A DNA stretch of 64,000 nt, taken from the NCBI GenBank assembly GCA_944384995.1, contig CALWVN010000007.1:4348-68347 (forward strand). Direction: 5' to 3'. Of the stretch, positions 1 through 9,512 are shown piece after piece; position 1 is the stretch's first letter; every line of letters starts with the position of its first letter. The notes below the pieces were generated by a model. The model saw only the letters and a list, made by a program, of their open reading frames with translations. It was not told the DNA's origin and searched no databases. A program made the position numbers and the translations under genes. This DNA is from an uncultured Clostridia bacterium. GTDB lineage: Bacteria > Bacillota > Clostridia > Oscillospirales > Acutalibacteraceae.

Positions 1-315
1 CAGGATCTTTACGACGGCTACCACACCTTTGCGCTGAAGTGGACGCCGGAATATTATGTATTTTACATCGACGGCAAGCCGACCTGGGCAACATCGGGCG
101 GCGGTGTTTCCAAGGTCAAGGAGTTTTTGCGCCTGACCGTGGAGATCGACGCGGGCGACGGCTGGGGGCCGCACGGACAGAAGATCGGGCAGTTTCAGCA
201 CGAGGGCGACACCGCCTTTTATGTGGATTACGTCAAAGTTTGGCAAAATGAGAATTACGAGCCCTACATCATTGACGATGCCTTGTTCCCCGGTGGGTTG
301 GATATGGCAAATTAA
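1..315 (+). CDS. C-terminal fragment of a GH16-like (jelly-roll beta-glucanase family) protein; 5' end lies outside the window
   Basis: Frame 1 is open from base 1 to TAA at 313-315. The translation QDLYDGYHTFALKWTPEYYVFYIDGKPTW...DTAFYVDYVKVWQNE resembles the conserved C-terminal strands of family-16 glycoside hydrolases. A terminator follows. Confidence 0.55.
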   Translation, partial: QDLYDGYHTFALKWTPEYYVFYIDGKPTWATSGGGVSKVKEFLRLTVEIDAGDGWGPHGQKIGQFQHEGDTAFYVDYVKVWQNENYEPYIIDDALFPGGLDMAN

Positions 316-338
316 GCGCAAAAAACAATGATACATAT

Positions 339-376
339 AAAAATCCCCGCTTTCCATTCAAGCGGGGATTTTTGTA
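339..376 (+). terminator. Rho-independent terminator of the GH16-like gene
   Basis: Hairpin ATCCCCGCT-TTCCATTCA-AGCGGGGAT followed by TTTTTG. Confidence 0.75.
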
Positions 377-394
377 TAGGAGCGCTGCAAACAG

Positions 395-430
395 GCAAAG
401 CAAAAGCTCCGAAACGGACGGTCTCGGAGC
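395..430 (-). terminator. Intrinsic terminator ending the minus-strand non-coding transcript
   Basis: On the minus strand: GCTCCGAGACCGTCCGTTTCGGAGC followed by TTTTGCTTTG. The T-tract is better on the minus strand than on the plus strand. Confidence 0.6.
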
Positions 431-1072
431 CTCTATTTATATCGTTATTCAGTTTTATCCAAGCTGCCCGCTGCGGCGTCAGACTTCACGAAAATCGTTT
501 TGTTTTTGTAGTTCTTTAACGCACTTCTTACAGCGAACGTAGTCAAATTTGTTCTTGGAGATACGATAAAACTCTTACAACTTACATCTTATCTGTCAAA
601 TTTGACCGCAGCGGACAGCGAACCGAATGTCTGCGGTTCTTCAGTCCCTACACCGTACATTGGATTCGCCTCCCTTCGTTTTGTAACAAAAGGCTTTTCA
701 GAAACCACCCGCCGAGACCTATCGCAATCGGCAGAACGATTGCCTTTTGAGAAGTCTCGTGATTCAAAGCACATTTTGAACTCCGCATTTTCGTACCGAT
801 CGGTCTTTCTTCGGACCTTGGGGTTTTTGCCCCTGCGTCACACTGCCGACCTGCAACCGAAGAGCGCCGCGAACGTCTGATCTGCGTCCGCTCCCCCGAC
901 CCTGTTTTACCGAATCTCGTTTCGCCGTGCTTAACGGCAAATCCTTTCAAACGGATTCGAGCCTTACATGCTGCCGGAGTACTTTCCTTTCGGCTCTTAT
1001 ATCTGCGGAGATCCAAAAGCCTTACCACGCCTTGAACCGTTTTGGGGTTTGCTTTGGTTTCTCCCTTTGTTC
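395..1072 (-). ncRNA. Candidate large (~680 nt) structured non-coding RNA, family unassigned
   Basis: Bounded by a near-consensus promoter (1079-1106) and the terminator at 395-430. It holds no credible ORF; the 126-aa ORF at 648-1028 is Arg-rich junk. Many short GC stems are present: 986-993 (CCGAAAGG in the RNA), 940-944/953-957, 924-927/935-938, 820-823/830-833, 802-805/814-817, 763-768/775-780, 724-730/737-743 and 605-611/631-637. Confidence 0.45.
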
Positions 1073-1078
1073 ATCTTT

Positions 1079-1106
1079 ATTATAGCACCGAATTCGGAAA
1101 AGTCAA
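1079..1106 (-). promoter_or_regulatory. Sigma-A-type promoter driving the non-coding transcript
   Basis: On the minus strand: -35 TTGACT (1106-1101), a 16-nt spacer, and an extended -10 TGCTATAAT (1087-1079). It is preceded by a ~35-nt A/T tract (1107-1142) that resembles an UP element. Confidence 0.6.
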
Positions 1107-1227
1107 TAGTTTTTTTTAAATTTTTTATATTTTTTTATATTGATTGTCCATCTTGCCGAAAATCGGTGTTTTTCCCTGTCTACCGTAGCGCAAAACGCGC
1201 AAAATGCAGGGTGGGCAATTTTTACCG

Positions 1228-1256
1228 TTGACTATACGCCCGTTTCGGGGTAAAAT
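1228..1256 (+). promoter_or_regulatory. Sigma-A-type promoter for the DUF1292 gene
   Basis: TTGACT (1228-1233), a 17-nt spacer, then TAAAAT (1251-1256). It is divergent from the ncRNA promoter. Confidence 0.55.
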
Positions 1257-1289
1257 GTAAACAGAATGAAGCTACCAACGGAGGAACGC

Positions 1290-1586
1290 ATGGACGAAGC
1301 ATACAACCCCGACATCGTCAGCGTCGTGGACGAGGACGGTACGGAACATATCTTTGAAGAGCTTGACCGCATTGAAACGGATGACGCGCGCTATGTAGCG
1401 CTGCTTCCCGTTTACGATGAGGCGGAAGAGATCCTGGACGACGACGGCGAGCTGATCATTCTCAGAGTGATTGAGGAGGACGGTGAAACGTACCTCGAGC
1501 CCATTGAGGATGACGACGAATTCAACCGGATCGGCGCTGCATTTGAGGAACGGCTCGCAGATATGTTCGATATCACGGAAGAATAA
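1290..1586 (+). CDS. DUF1292 family protein (small acidic protein)
   Basis: The ATG at 1290 is preceded by GGAGG. The acidic sequence MDEAYNPDIVSVVDEDGTEHIFEELDRIETDDARYVALLP...LILRVIEEDGETYLEPIEDDDEF is typical of DUF1292. Confidence 0.8.
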   Translation: MDEAYNPDIVSVVDEDGTEHIFEELDRIETDDARYVALLPVYDEAEEILDDDGELIILRVIEEDGETYLEPIEDDDEFNRIGAAFEERLADMFDITEE

Positions 1587-1796
1587 AAAACATCAACCTG
1601 CCCGATGCGAGAACCGCACGGTTCAATATTAACCCAACACGTTTTTAAACGGGAGTCGGAATTCCGAGGCGGTGTGCAGACCTCCCGCCCTTTGGCGGAC
1701 GTTGGGAGCACTAAAACCGAGGATAGGCGCCCACCTGCTTTTTGCAGGTTATTATTAGCCGTGCGCGGTCGGGCGGGGATTTTTATACCTGTTTGC

Positions 1797-1843
1797 AGAA
1801 AGCGCGCAGCCCGAACGAGTCTGTTCGGGCTGCGCGCTTTTCG
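1797..1843. terminator. Bidirectional terminator between the convergent DUF1292 and uvrA genes
   Basis: 15-bp stem GCGCGCAGCCCGAAC / GTTCGGGCTGCGCGC, flanked by A-rich sequence on the 5' side and TTTT on the 3' side. Confidence 0.7.
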
Positions 1844-1858
1844 GATTTTACGTTTTGG

Positions 1859-4699
1859 TTATTTGCCCGCCTGTTTTTCAAGCAGCGGCTTGAGATACTG
1901 CCCCGTATAGGACTGTTCACAGCGTGCGACTTCTTCGGGCGTGCCCTCGACGACAACGGTGCCGCCGTTGTCCCCGCCCTCGGGGCCGAGGTCGATGATA
2001 TGGTCCGCGACCTTGATGACGTCCAGATTATGCTCGATGACAACGACCGTATTGCCGCCGTCCGCGAGCTTCTGCAAAACGTCAATAAGGCGGTGCACAT
2101 CCGCAGTATGCAGACCTGTGGTGGGCTCGTCCAAAATATAGATCGTCCTGCCCGTCGGGCGGCGGGAAAGCTCCGTTGCAAGCTTCACGCGCTGCGCCTC
2201 GCCGCCGGAAAGTGTGGTGGCGGGCTGCCCGAGCTTGACGTAGCCAAGCCCCACGTCGTAGATTGTTTGGAGCTTGCGGCTGATCTTGGGGATGCTCGAA
2301 AAGAAGCCGAGCGCCTCTTCCACCGTCATTTCCAGCACATCATAAATGGATTTGCCCTTATATTTGACCTCCAGCGTTTCGCGGTTGAAACGCGCGCCCT
2401 TGCACACGTCGCAGGGAACATAAATATCCGCCAAAAAGTGCATTTCGATCTTCACAATGCCGTCGCCCTGGCACGCTTCGCAGCGTCCGCCCTTGACGTT
2501 AAAAGAGAAACGGCTCGGCGTAAAGCCGCGCACCTTCGCATCCTGCGTTTGGGCAAACAGGTTGCGGATATCTGTGAATACGCCCGTATAGGTGGCGGGA
2601 TTGGAACGCGGCGTTCTGCCGATGGGCGACTGGTCGATATCCACGACCTTATCGAGATTTTCAAGACCTAAAATATCCCTATGCTTGCCCACGGGCTTTT
2701 TCGCGCCGTTGAGCTCATTAGCAAGGCGCTTGTACAAAATTTCATTGACCAGCGAAGATTTACCCGACCCCGACACGCCGGTCACGGCGATGAATTTGCC
2801 CAAGGGGAATTTTACGTTGATGTTTTTGAGGTTGTTTTCCGCCGCGCCGCGCACAGTTAAAAACTTGCCGTTCCCCTTGCGGCGCGTTTCGGGCACGGGG
2901 ATTTTGCGCTTGCCGCTCAAATACTGTCCGGTGATGGACGCAGGGCAGTTTTTGATATCCTCCACCGTGCCCGCGCAGACCACCTCGCCGCCGTGCACAC
3001 CCGCCCCGGGGCCGATGTCCACGATGTAATCTGCGGCATACATGGTGTCCTCGTCATGCTCGACGACCAGCAGCGTGTTGCCGAGGTCGCGCAGATGCTT
3101 GAGGGTAGCGAGCAGCTTGTCGTTGTCACGCTGATGCAGTCCGATGCTCGGCTCGTCGAGGATATACAGCACGCCCATTAAAGACGAGCCGATCTGCGTC
3201 GCCAAACGGATGCGCTGGCTTTCGCCGCCCGACAGCGTGCCCGACGAGCGCGCAAGCGTTAAATATTCGAGCCCGACGCTCGACAGGAATTCAAGTCGAC
3301 TGCGGATCTCGCGCAAAATCTGGTCGGCAATCATGCGGTCGCGGTCGCTCAAATTCAGACCATCCAAAAACTTGAGCGCCGCCGTCACGGACATTTTGGT
3401 GAATTCATAAATATTGATGCCGCCCACCGTCACGCCTAAGGTGATGGGCTTCAGACGCGCACCGTGGCAGTCGGGGCAGTCACAGGCTTTCATAACCTGC
3501 TCGATCTCCCAGCGCGCCCAATCGCTTGTAGATTCCTTATACCGCCGCTCGAGGTTGTTGACAATGCCTTCGAATGCAGCGGTATAGCTGCCCGTGCCGT
3601 AGACATTGGTGCGCTGCATGCTCAGCTTTTCACCTTTTGTACCGTACAGCAAAGCATCGAGCGCCTTTTTGGAAAGGTCACAAATGGGCGTGTCGAGCGT
3701 AAAGCCGTATTTTTTGCCGAGCGCCTCGTAATACATCTGCGCGATGGTGCCGCCCTCGGCATTTGTCCAGCCGCTGGCACGAATGGCGCCGTCGCGGATA
3801 GACAGCTTCTTGTTCGGGATGATGAGATCGGGATCGACCTTTAAAAACGTCCCAAGCCCCGTACAGGTCTCGCAAGCGCCGAACGGATTGTTAAAGGAAA
3901 ACATGCGCGGCGTCAGTTCGTCCACTGAAGCGCCGTGCTCGGGGCAGGCGTAGTTCTGCGAAAACAGCAGATCCTCCCCGCCGATAAGGTTGATGAGCAC
4001 CGTGCCGCCCGAAAGCGACGTCGCCGTTTCAATGGAGTCCGCAAGGCGGCTGCGGATGTCGGGTGAGATCACGAGCCGGTCCACCACGATCTCGATGCTG
4101 TGCTTGAAGTTCTTTTCGAGCTTGATCTCTTCGGAAAGGTCGTACAGATTGCCGTCCACGCGCACGCGCACAAAGCCCGAACGCCGCGCGGCGTCGAGCT
4201 CTTTTTGGTGCTCGCCTTTTCTGCCGCGCACCACGGGCGCCATGACCTGGATCTTTGCGCCCGGTTCCAATTCCATAACGCGGTCTACGATGGTATCCAC
4301 CGACTGCCGCACGATCTCACGTCCGCACACGGGGCAGTGCGGCACGCCCACGCGCGCATACAAAAGCCGCAGGTAGTCGTAAATTTCCGTCACCGTGCCC
4401 ACGGTGGAACGCGGATTTTTGGACGTGGTCTTCTGGTCGATGGAAATGGCGGGAGAAAGCCCGTCGATCGAATCGACGTTCGGCTTTTCCATCTGCCCGA
4501 GGAACATACGCGCATAGGAGGACAGCGACTCTACATACCGCCGCTGCCCCTCGGCATAAATGGTGTCAAACGCGAGCGACGATTTACCCGAGCCCGAAAG
4601 ACCTGTAAGCACCACGAGCTTGTCGCGCGGGATCTCGACATCTATATTTTTCAGGTTGTGCTCACGCGCACCCTTTACCACAATGTGTTTGCTTGCCAT
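1859..4699 (-). CDS. uvrA: Excinuclease ABC subunit A
   Basis: 946 aa. Two ABC ATPase modules ([24 protein letters not shown]), LSGGE signatures and zinc-finger CxxC motifs. Its start overlaps the uvrB stop (TGATG). Confidence 0.97.
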   Translation of the reverse strand: MASKHIVVKGAREHNLKNIDVEIPRDKLVVLTGLSGSGKSSLAFDTIYAEGQRRYVESLSSYARMFLGQMEKPNVDSIDGLSPAISIDQKTTSKNPRSTVGTVTEIYDYLRLLYARVGVPHCPVCGREIVRQSVDTIVDRVMELEPGAKIQVMAPVVRGRKGEHQKELDAARRSGFVRVRVDGNLYDLSEEIKLEKNFKHSIEIVVDRLVISPDIRSRLADSIETATSLSGGTVLINLIGGEDLLFSQNYACPEHGASVDELTPRMFSFNNPFGACETCTGLGTFLKVDPDLIIPNKKLSIRDGAIRASGWTNAEGGTIAQMYYEALGKKYGFTLDTPICDLSKKALDALLYGTKGEKLSMQRTNVYGTGSYTAAFEGIVNNLERRYKESTSDWARWEIEQVMKACDCPDCHGARLKPITLGVTVGGINIYEFTKMSVTAALKFLDGLNLSDRDRMIADQILREIRSRLEFLSSVGLEYLTLARSSGTLSGGESQRIRLATQIGSSLMGVLYILDEPSIGLHQRDNDKLLATLKHLRDLGNTLLVVEHDEDTMYAADYIVDIGPGAGVHGGEVVCAGTVEDIKNCPASITGQYLSGKRKIPVPETRRKGNGKFLTVRGAAENNLKNINVKFPLGKFIAVTGVSGSGKSSLVNEILYKRLANELNGAKKPVGKHRDILGLENLDKVVDIDQSPIGRTPRSNPATYTGVFTDIRNLFAQTQDAKVRGFTPSRFSFNVKGGRCEACQGDGIVKIEMHFLADIYVPCDVCKGARFNRETLEVKYKGKSIYDVLEMTVEEALGFFSSIPKISRKLQTIYDVGLGYVKLGQPATTLSGGEAQRVKLATELSRRPTGRTIYILDEPTTGLHTADVHRLIDVLQKLADGGNTVVVIEHNLDVIKVADHIIDLGPEGGDNGGTVVVEGTPEEVARCEQSYTGQYLKPLLEKQAGK

Positions 4700-6669
4700 C
4701 AGCGTTTTTCCCCTTTGAGTTCCTGAATTTTATCGCGCAGCATGGCCGCGTGCTCGAATTCCAGCAGCTTTGCCGCCGCGCGCATCTCGGCGGTCAATTT
4801 GGCGATCATCGCCTGCCGTTCGCGTTCACTCAGGCGCTTGCGCGGCTTCTTGCCGTCCTCGGCATGCGTGGAGATTTCGAGAATATCGCGCACATCCTTT
4901 TGAATGGTGCGCGGTGTGATTCCGTGTGCTTCGTTATAGCGCATCTGTTTTTCGCGGCGGCGCACCGTCTCGGCAATGGCGCGTTCCATGGAGGGCGTAA
5001 CGCTGTCGGCATACATAATGACCTCGCCGTGTGCGTTGCGCGCCGCGCGCCCGACGGTCTGCACCAGCGACGTTTCCGAGCGCAAAAAGCCCTCTTTATC
5101 CGCATCGAGGATCGCGACGAGCGACACCTCGGGAATGTCCAGACCCTCGCGCAGGAGGTTGATGCCGACGAGCACGTCAAATTCGCCCAGACGCAGATCG
5201 CGGATGATCTCCATACGCTCGATGGTGTCGATGTCGTAATGCATATATTTGACCTTAATGCCGTGCGTGTCGAGGAAGTCGGTCAGATTTTCCGCCATTT
5301 TTTTGGTCAGCGTCGTGACGAGCACGCGCTCGCCACGGTCGGTGCGCAGACGAATTTCAGAGATCAGATCCTCGATCTGCCCCTCGGTCGGGCGCACGAA
5401 GATCTCGGGATCCAAAAGCCCCGTGGGTCGGATGACCTGTTCGACGATCTGCGCGCTTTTTTCACGCTCGAAGTCACCGGGCGTGGCACTCACGAAAATT
5501 TTCTGCCCGACGCGCTCGTAGAATTCGTCAAAGGTCAACGGCCGGTTATCAAACGCCGAGGGCAGGCGGAAGCCGAATTCCACTAAGGATTCCTTGCGGG
5601 AACGGTCGCCGCCGTACATGCCGCGCACCTGCGGGAGCGTGACATGAGACTCGTCAACGAACAGCAGAAAATCGTCCGGGAAGTAATTGAGCAGCGTAAA
5701 CGGCGCGGAGCCGGGTGCACGCCCGGACATCACGCGGGAATAGTTTTCGATCCCCTTGCAGAAGCCCGTTTCACGCAGCATTTCCATGTCGTATTCGGTG
5801 CGCTGGCGGATGCGCTGCGCTTCAAGCAGCTTGCCTTCTTTTTCGAATTCCTTGACGCGTGCCTCCATTTCGGCAAGGATCTCTTCGATCGCAGTTTCGA
5901 GCTTATCGGGCGAAACGACATAATGCGACGCGGGATAGATCGCGGCGTGGGAGACCACATTTTTGACCTGCCCCGTTATGGGGTTGATCTCGCTGATGCG
6001 GTCGATCTCATCGCCGAAGAACTCCACGCGAATGGCAGTATCGCTGGCATAAGCCGGAAAAATCTCCACCACATCCCCGCGCACGCGGAATTTGTTACGG
6101 ATAAAGTTGATGTCATTGCGCTCGTATTGGATCTCCACGAGCTTTTGCAGCAGCTCGTCGCGGTTTTTCTGCATCCCCTGCCGCAGGGAGATGACCATAT
6201 TGCGGTAGTCGATGGGGTCGCCGAGGGTATAAATGCAGGAGACGCTGGCGACGATGATGACATCGCGGCGCTCGGAAAGCGCCGACGTCGCGGAGTGACG
6301 CAGCTTGTCGATCTCATCGTTGATGGCGGAATCCTTTTCGATATACGTATCCGTTGAAGGGATATACGCCTCAGGCTGGTAATAATCGTAATAGGACACG
6401 AAGTATTCCACGGCATTTTCAGGGAAAAATTCCTTGAACTCCGAGCAAAGCTGCGCCGCAAGGGTCTTGTTGTGCGCGAGCACCAGCGTCGGGCGGTTGA
6501 GGTTGGCGATGATATTCGCCATTGTAAAGGTCTTGCCGGAACCCGTCACGCCCAAAAGCGTCTGCTCCATATAGCCTTTATTTACACCCGCGGTCAGCGC
6601 TGCGATCGCCTCGGGCTGGTCGCCCGTAGGGGCATAAGGCGCTTTCAATTTGAATTTTTGTTCTTCCAT
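4699..6669 (-). CDS. uvrB: Excinuclease ABC subunit B
   Basis: Helicase motifs ([12 protein letters not shown]), the beta-hairpin region and a C-terminal UVR domain. The ORF opens at GTG 6690, but ATG 6669 (MEEQKFKL) has a GGAG 7 nt upstream. Confidence 0.95.
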   Translation of the reverse strand: MEEQKFKLKAPYAPTGDQPEAIAALTAGVNKGYMEQTLLGVTGSGKTFTMANIIANLNRPTLVLAHNKTLAAQLCSEFKEFFPENAVEYFVSYYDYYQPEAYIPSTDTYIEKDSAINDEIDKLRHSATSALSERRDVIIVASVSCIYTLGDPIDYRNMVISLRQGMQKNRDELLQKLVEIQYERNDINFIRNKFRVRGDVVEIFPAYASDTAIRVEFFGDEIDRISEINPITGQVKNVVSHAAIYPASHYVVSPDKLETAIEEILAEMEARVKEFEKEGKLLEAQRIRQRTEYDMEMLRETGFCKGIENYSRVMSGRAPGSAPFTLLNYFPDDFLLFVDESHVTLPQVRGMYGGDRSRKESLVEFGFRLPSAFDNRPLTFDEFYERVGQKIFVSATPGDFEREKSAQIVEQVIRPTGLLDPEIFVRPTEGQIEDLISEIRLRTDRGERVLVTTLTKKMAENLTDFLDTHGIKVKYMHYDIDTIERMEIIRDLRLGEFDVLVGINLLREGLDIPEVSLVAILDADKEGFLRSETSLVQTVGRAARNAHGEVIMYADSVTPSMERAIAETVRRREKQMRYNEAHGITPRTIQKDVRDILEISTHAEDGKKPRKRLSERERQAMIAKLTAEMRAAAKLLEFEHAAMLRDKIQELKGEKR

Positions 6670-6821
6670 AGGGTTCTCCGTAGCGGTCACAAAATCAAAA
6701 AGAACATTTGTTCTTTCCTATCATACCCTGTTTTTCAGGCTTTGTCAACTGTTTTTACGGCAACAGAAAAGCGCGGCGGGACGCCCCGACACGCTTTTAG
6801 CATTGGCTTGCGCGAGATGAT

Positions 6822-7526
6822 TTAAAACAGGTATTTGAACTTCGGGCTGGTTTTCATGGAAAACCAATCCTTGCCGGCGATAATGAAGTGGTCGTTCACG
6901 CGGATACCCAGCGCGCGCAGCGTTAAAACGATGTTGCGCGTGGCATCGATGTCCGCAGCCGACGGCGCTGCGACGCCTGCGGGATGGTTGTGCGCAAGCA
7001 GGATATCGGACGCGCCGTTTTGGATCGCCGCCTCGGCGATCTTGCGCAGATTGATACGCGTACTGTCCGGCGTGCCCTCGGAGATCACGACCGTATTCAC
7101 CACACGGCATTTGTGCGTCATGCACACAGCCAAAAGCTGCTCGGTGGTTTTGCCGATGAACTGCGAAACGAAATATTCACCCGCCGCCTGCGCGGTGTTG
7201 AGCACGAGCGAGCCGGATTTGACCTTGTCCTGCTCATATTTCGCGAACAGGGACGACATCAGGCGAATGAGAACCGCCGTATTCTCACCAACGCCCGGCA
7301 CGTGCATCAGCGCCTCGACGCTCGCATCAAACACACCGGAAAGCGAGCCGAACTCGTCAATGAGGCGGTGCGCAAGCTCGTTGGTATCGCGCTGCGGGAT
7401 CGCGTAAAACAGCAACAGCTCCAGCGCGTTGTGATCTTCAAACGCATCTAAGCCCTCGCGGACAAAGCGCGCTTTGAGCCGCGCGCGGTGCCCGCCGTGC
7501 AGCGGCGCAGTCTGCTTTTCTGCCAT
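6822..7526 (-). CDS. radC: RadC-like JAB-domain protein (UPF0758)
   Basis: N-terminal HhH region (HGHRARLKARF..., VPGVGE) and a C-terminal JAB motif (ILLAHNHPAG...PSAAD). Confidence 0.9.
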   Translation of the reverse strand: MAEKQTAPLHGGHRARLKARFVREGLDAFEDHNALELLLFYAIPQRDTNELAHRLIDEFGSLSGVFDASVEALMHVPGVGENTAVLIRLMSSLFAKYEQDKVKSGSLVLNTAQAAGEYFVSQFIGKTTEQLLAVCMTHKCRVVNTVVISEGTPDSTRINLRKIAEAAIQNGASDILLAHNHPAGVAAPSAADIDATRNIVLTLRALGIRVNDHFIIAGKDWFSMKTSPKFKYLF

Positions 7527-7532
7527 CGCGGA

Positions 7533-8117
7533 TTATTTGATCTTACGGCTGCCGGGCTTTACAAGCTCGATCTCGCCCGCCTTGCAAAGCGGACATTCCG
7601 ATGCTTCCCAAGAAGTCACCGGCGCGGAATACACTGCCTTAAAGGGCACGCCGAAATCGATCTTGCCGCCGGTACGGTCCACAATGGAACCGACACCGAC
7701 AATGTCGCCGCCCGCCTCACGCACAAGGTCGATGACCTCTTTCACGGAGCCGCCCGTGGTCACGACATCCTCAACGATCAGCACTTTTTCACCGGGGGTA
7801 ACCGCAAAGCCGCGGCGCAGCGTCATTTTACCGTCCTCGCCGCGCTCGGTAAAGAAATTCTCACAGCCGAGCGCCCGGCTGACCTCATATGCCATTTGCA
7901 CCGCGCCCATAGCGGGGCCTATCACGACCTGCACGCCTGCATCCTTGTATTTTTCCGCCAGCGCCGCGCAAAGCTCCTCGCTGTATTTGGTGTTGCGGAA
8001 GATCTTGGCGCATTGTAAATATTTATCGGAATGCCGGCCGGAGGTCAGCAGGAAATGCCCTTCCAAAAGCACGCCCGCCTCTTTTAAAATTTCGGTCACT
8101 CTCTCTTGCGTAAGCAT
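7533..8117 (-). CDS. pyrE: Orotate phosphoribosyltransferase
   Basis: [36 protein letters not shown]... with the PRPP loop [13 protein letters not shown]. The start at 8117 follows AAAGGAG; the longer ORF up to 8228 has no support. Confidence 0.92.
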   Translation of the reverse strand: MLTQERVTEILKEAGVLLEGHFLLTSGRHSDKYLQCAKIFRNTKYSEELCAALAEKYKDAGVQVVIGPAMGAVQMAYEVSRALGCENFFTERGEDGKMTLRRGFAVTPGEKVLIVEDVVTTGGSVKEVIDLVREAGGDIVGVGSIVDRTGGKIDFGVPFKAVYSAPVTSWEASECPLCKAGEIELVKPGSRKIK

Positions 8118-8272
8118 GGCTAAAGCTCCTTTTTGACATTGTTGCTTGTATTTTAGCATATCTGATCCGTTTTGAAAAGGGGTGTATGAAAAGAAAGCTC
8201 TTTCGAAAACACAAAACACGGAGTGCAAAAGCGCTCCGTGTTTACAGCAGTCAAGTCAACCGCTTTACATAT

Positions 8273-8827
8273 TCATTTGAACTTAAGCAGCTTACGAACG
8301 GATTTCCGCCATTTGAGCATATACAGCGTGACAAGGCGGGAGATCGCGATATCATAGATCACAAACACGACGTTGCCCAGCCCCAAAAGCGCCCAGACCG
8401 CCCATTTGCCGTAGTCCTCCATATCGTCAAACGGAATCCGGAACACATAAATGATCACAAGGTACGCCGCCACCACCGACACATTGAAAAGCAGGAATTT
8501 CAGCACCCACAGCCATACGCCGTGCAGCCTTCCCTCCAAAATTGCCTTAAAGATGGGGTAGTGTCCGAAAAAGAACACATACATCACGGCGGCTTCCTTG
8601 TCGGGAAGCACCAGCAAAGAAAGCAGGCTCACCGCCGCATATACGCCGAACGCCCATTTTTTGCCGACGTCGATGACCATGACCACCAAAAGCACGCCCG
8701 CCACCGCAGGCAGCGCATAGGTCAGTGTCGGGATCACTGCCGTAAGGAACATCGTCACGACCGAAAGCGCCGCTACGATACCGCCGAGCGCGGTTTTGGA
8801 GGTGTTTTGAAAGCTATCCTTTCCCAT
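8273..8827 (-). CDS. Polytopic membrane protein, function unknown (possibly ECF S-component-like)
   Basis: 184 aa with about 5 hydrophobic helices. It lies 1 nt downstream of the J-domain gene, suggesting a shared operon. No catalytic motif was recognised. Confidence 0.6.
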   Translation of the reverse strand: MGKDSFQNTSKTALGGIVAALSVVTMFLTAVIPTLTYALPAVAGVLLVVMVIDVGKKWAFGVYAAVSLLSLLVLPDKEAAVMYVFFFGHYPIFKAILEGRLHGVWLWVLKFLLFNVSVVAAYLVIIYVFRIPFDDMEDYGKWAVWALLGLGNVVFVIYDIAISRLVTLYMLKWRKSVRKLLKFK

Positions 8828-8828
8828 A

Positions 8829-9464
8829 TCAGCAGCCCGGGATCAGATCGCCGCCCATGCACTCGCAGCAGCAGTCCGCACACAAAAGCGATGAACAGAT
8901 GTCGCAGGCGTCGCACCCGCCGCCGCGGGTCTGGCGATAACCGCCGCGCGAATTGTTGTTCAGCGAATTGAACGCCGCCGCGTACTCGGTATTGCCCGGG
9001 TCGCGTTGGCAGGCGGCGGAATAATTTTTATATGCTTCGTCGAACCAGCCGCGCCGCTGCTGGATCTGCCCTTTCAGGAAATACCACTCCGCCGTACGCG
9101 AGCTGATCGGGATGCCGTCTAAGATCATCTCGGCGTCATCGATGCGCCCGCTGTTGATCTGCGCGCGCACATCGGCAAACTGCGAACCGCTGTAAGCGTT
9201 GCCGCCGTAGGCGTTATAACCGCCGTTTCCCGCATTCGTATAAGAGGACTGACCGTTTGTATATGCGGTCTGCCCGCGCCGTTCGGCAACGATCGCATCA
9301 TAGGCGCGGTCGAGCTCTTCCATTTTGCGACGTGCTACGTCCGCAAGCGGACCGGAAGCAAGAGAATCCTCCTGATATTTGCGGGCAAGTGCACGGTATG
9401 CGTCCTTGAGCTGTTCGTCGGTCGCGTTACGCGGTATGCCCAAAACGGCATACGGATCTGCCAT
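8829..9464 (-). CDS. J-domain protein with a TPR-like middle region and a Cys-rich C-terminal tail
   Basis: N-terminus DPYAVLGIPRNATDEQLKDAYRALARKY (a J domain, though the classic HPD is not obvious). The middle region is TPR-like (WYFLKGQIQQRRGWFDEAYKNY). The tail is CDACDICSSLLCADCCCECMGGDLIPGC. Confidence 0.75.
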   Translation of the reverse strand: MADPYAVLGIPRNATDEQLKDAYRALARKYQEDSLASGPLADVARRKMEELDRAYDAIVAERRGQTAYTNGQSSYTNAGNGGYNAYGGNAYSGSQFADVRAQINSGRIDDAEMILDGIPISSRTAEWYFLKGQIQQRRGWFDEAYKNYSAACQRDPGNTEYAAAFNSLNNNSRGGYRQTRGGGCDACDICSSLLCADCCCECMGGDLIPGC

Positions 9465-9512
9465 GTGGTCTTCACCTCTTTGGTATCGGTCACAAAAAGC
9501 CGTTTTAGGCGG

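Noticed and set aside
648-1028. 126-aa minus-strand ORF (and the 87-92-aa plus-strand ORFs) inside the 380-1260 gap
   Set aside because: The translation is Arg/Ser/Gly-rich with no RBS and no domain-like pattern. It spans the hairpin-dense region and is better explained as the chance open frame of a structured GC-rich RNA.
395-1072. The candidate ncRNA being RNase P RNA, tmRNA, SRP RNA or a group II intron
   Set aside because: The RNA does contain GGAAAGUACUCCGG, but not the RNase P GAGGAAAGUCC or ACAGAACCCGGCUUA blocks. It has no tRNA-like 3' end or alanine-rich tag ORF (tmRNA), no SRP domain IV motif, and no GUGYG 5' end, domain V or IEP. These checks were by eye only; Rfam searches are still needed.
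1742-2671. Long plus-strand ORF (309 aa) antisense to uvrA, and similar antisense ORFs throughout: 4693-5586, 10333-11451, 33208-35163, 35160-36215, 36303-37397, 37836-38906, 49064-50212, 52353-53786, 53886-55070, 56604-58136, 58175-59374 and 59400-60872
   Set aside because: These are typical shadow ORFs of GC-rich DNA. They are Arg/Ala/Gly/His-rich low-complexity translations lying opposite genes with unambiguous conserved products, and they lack RBSs.
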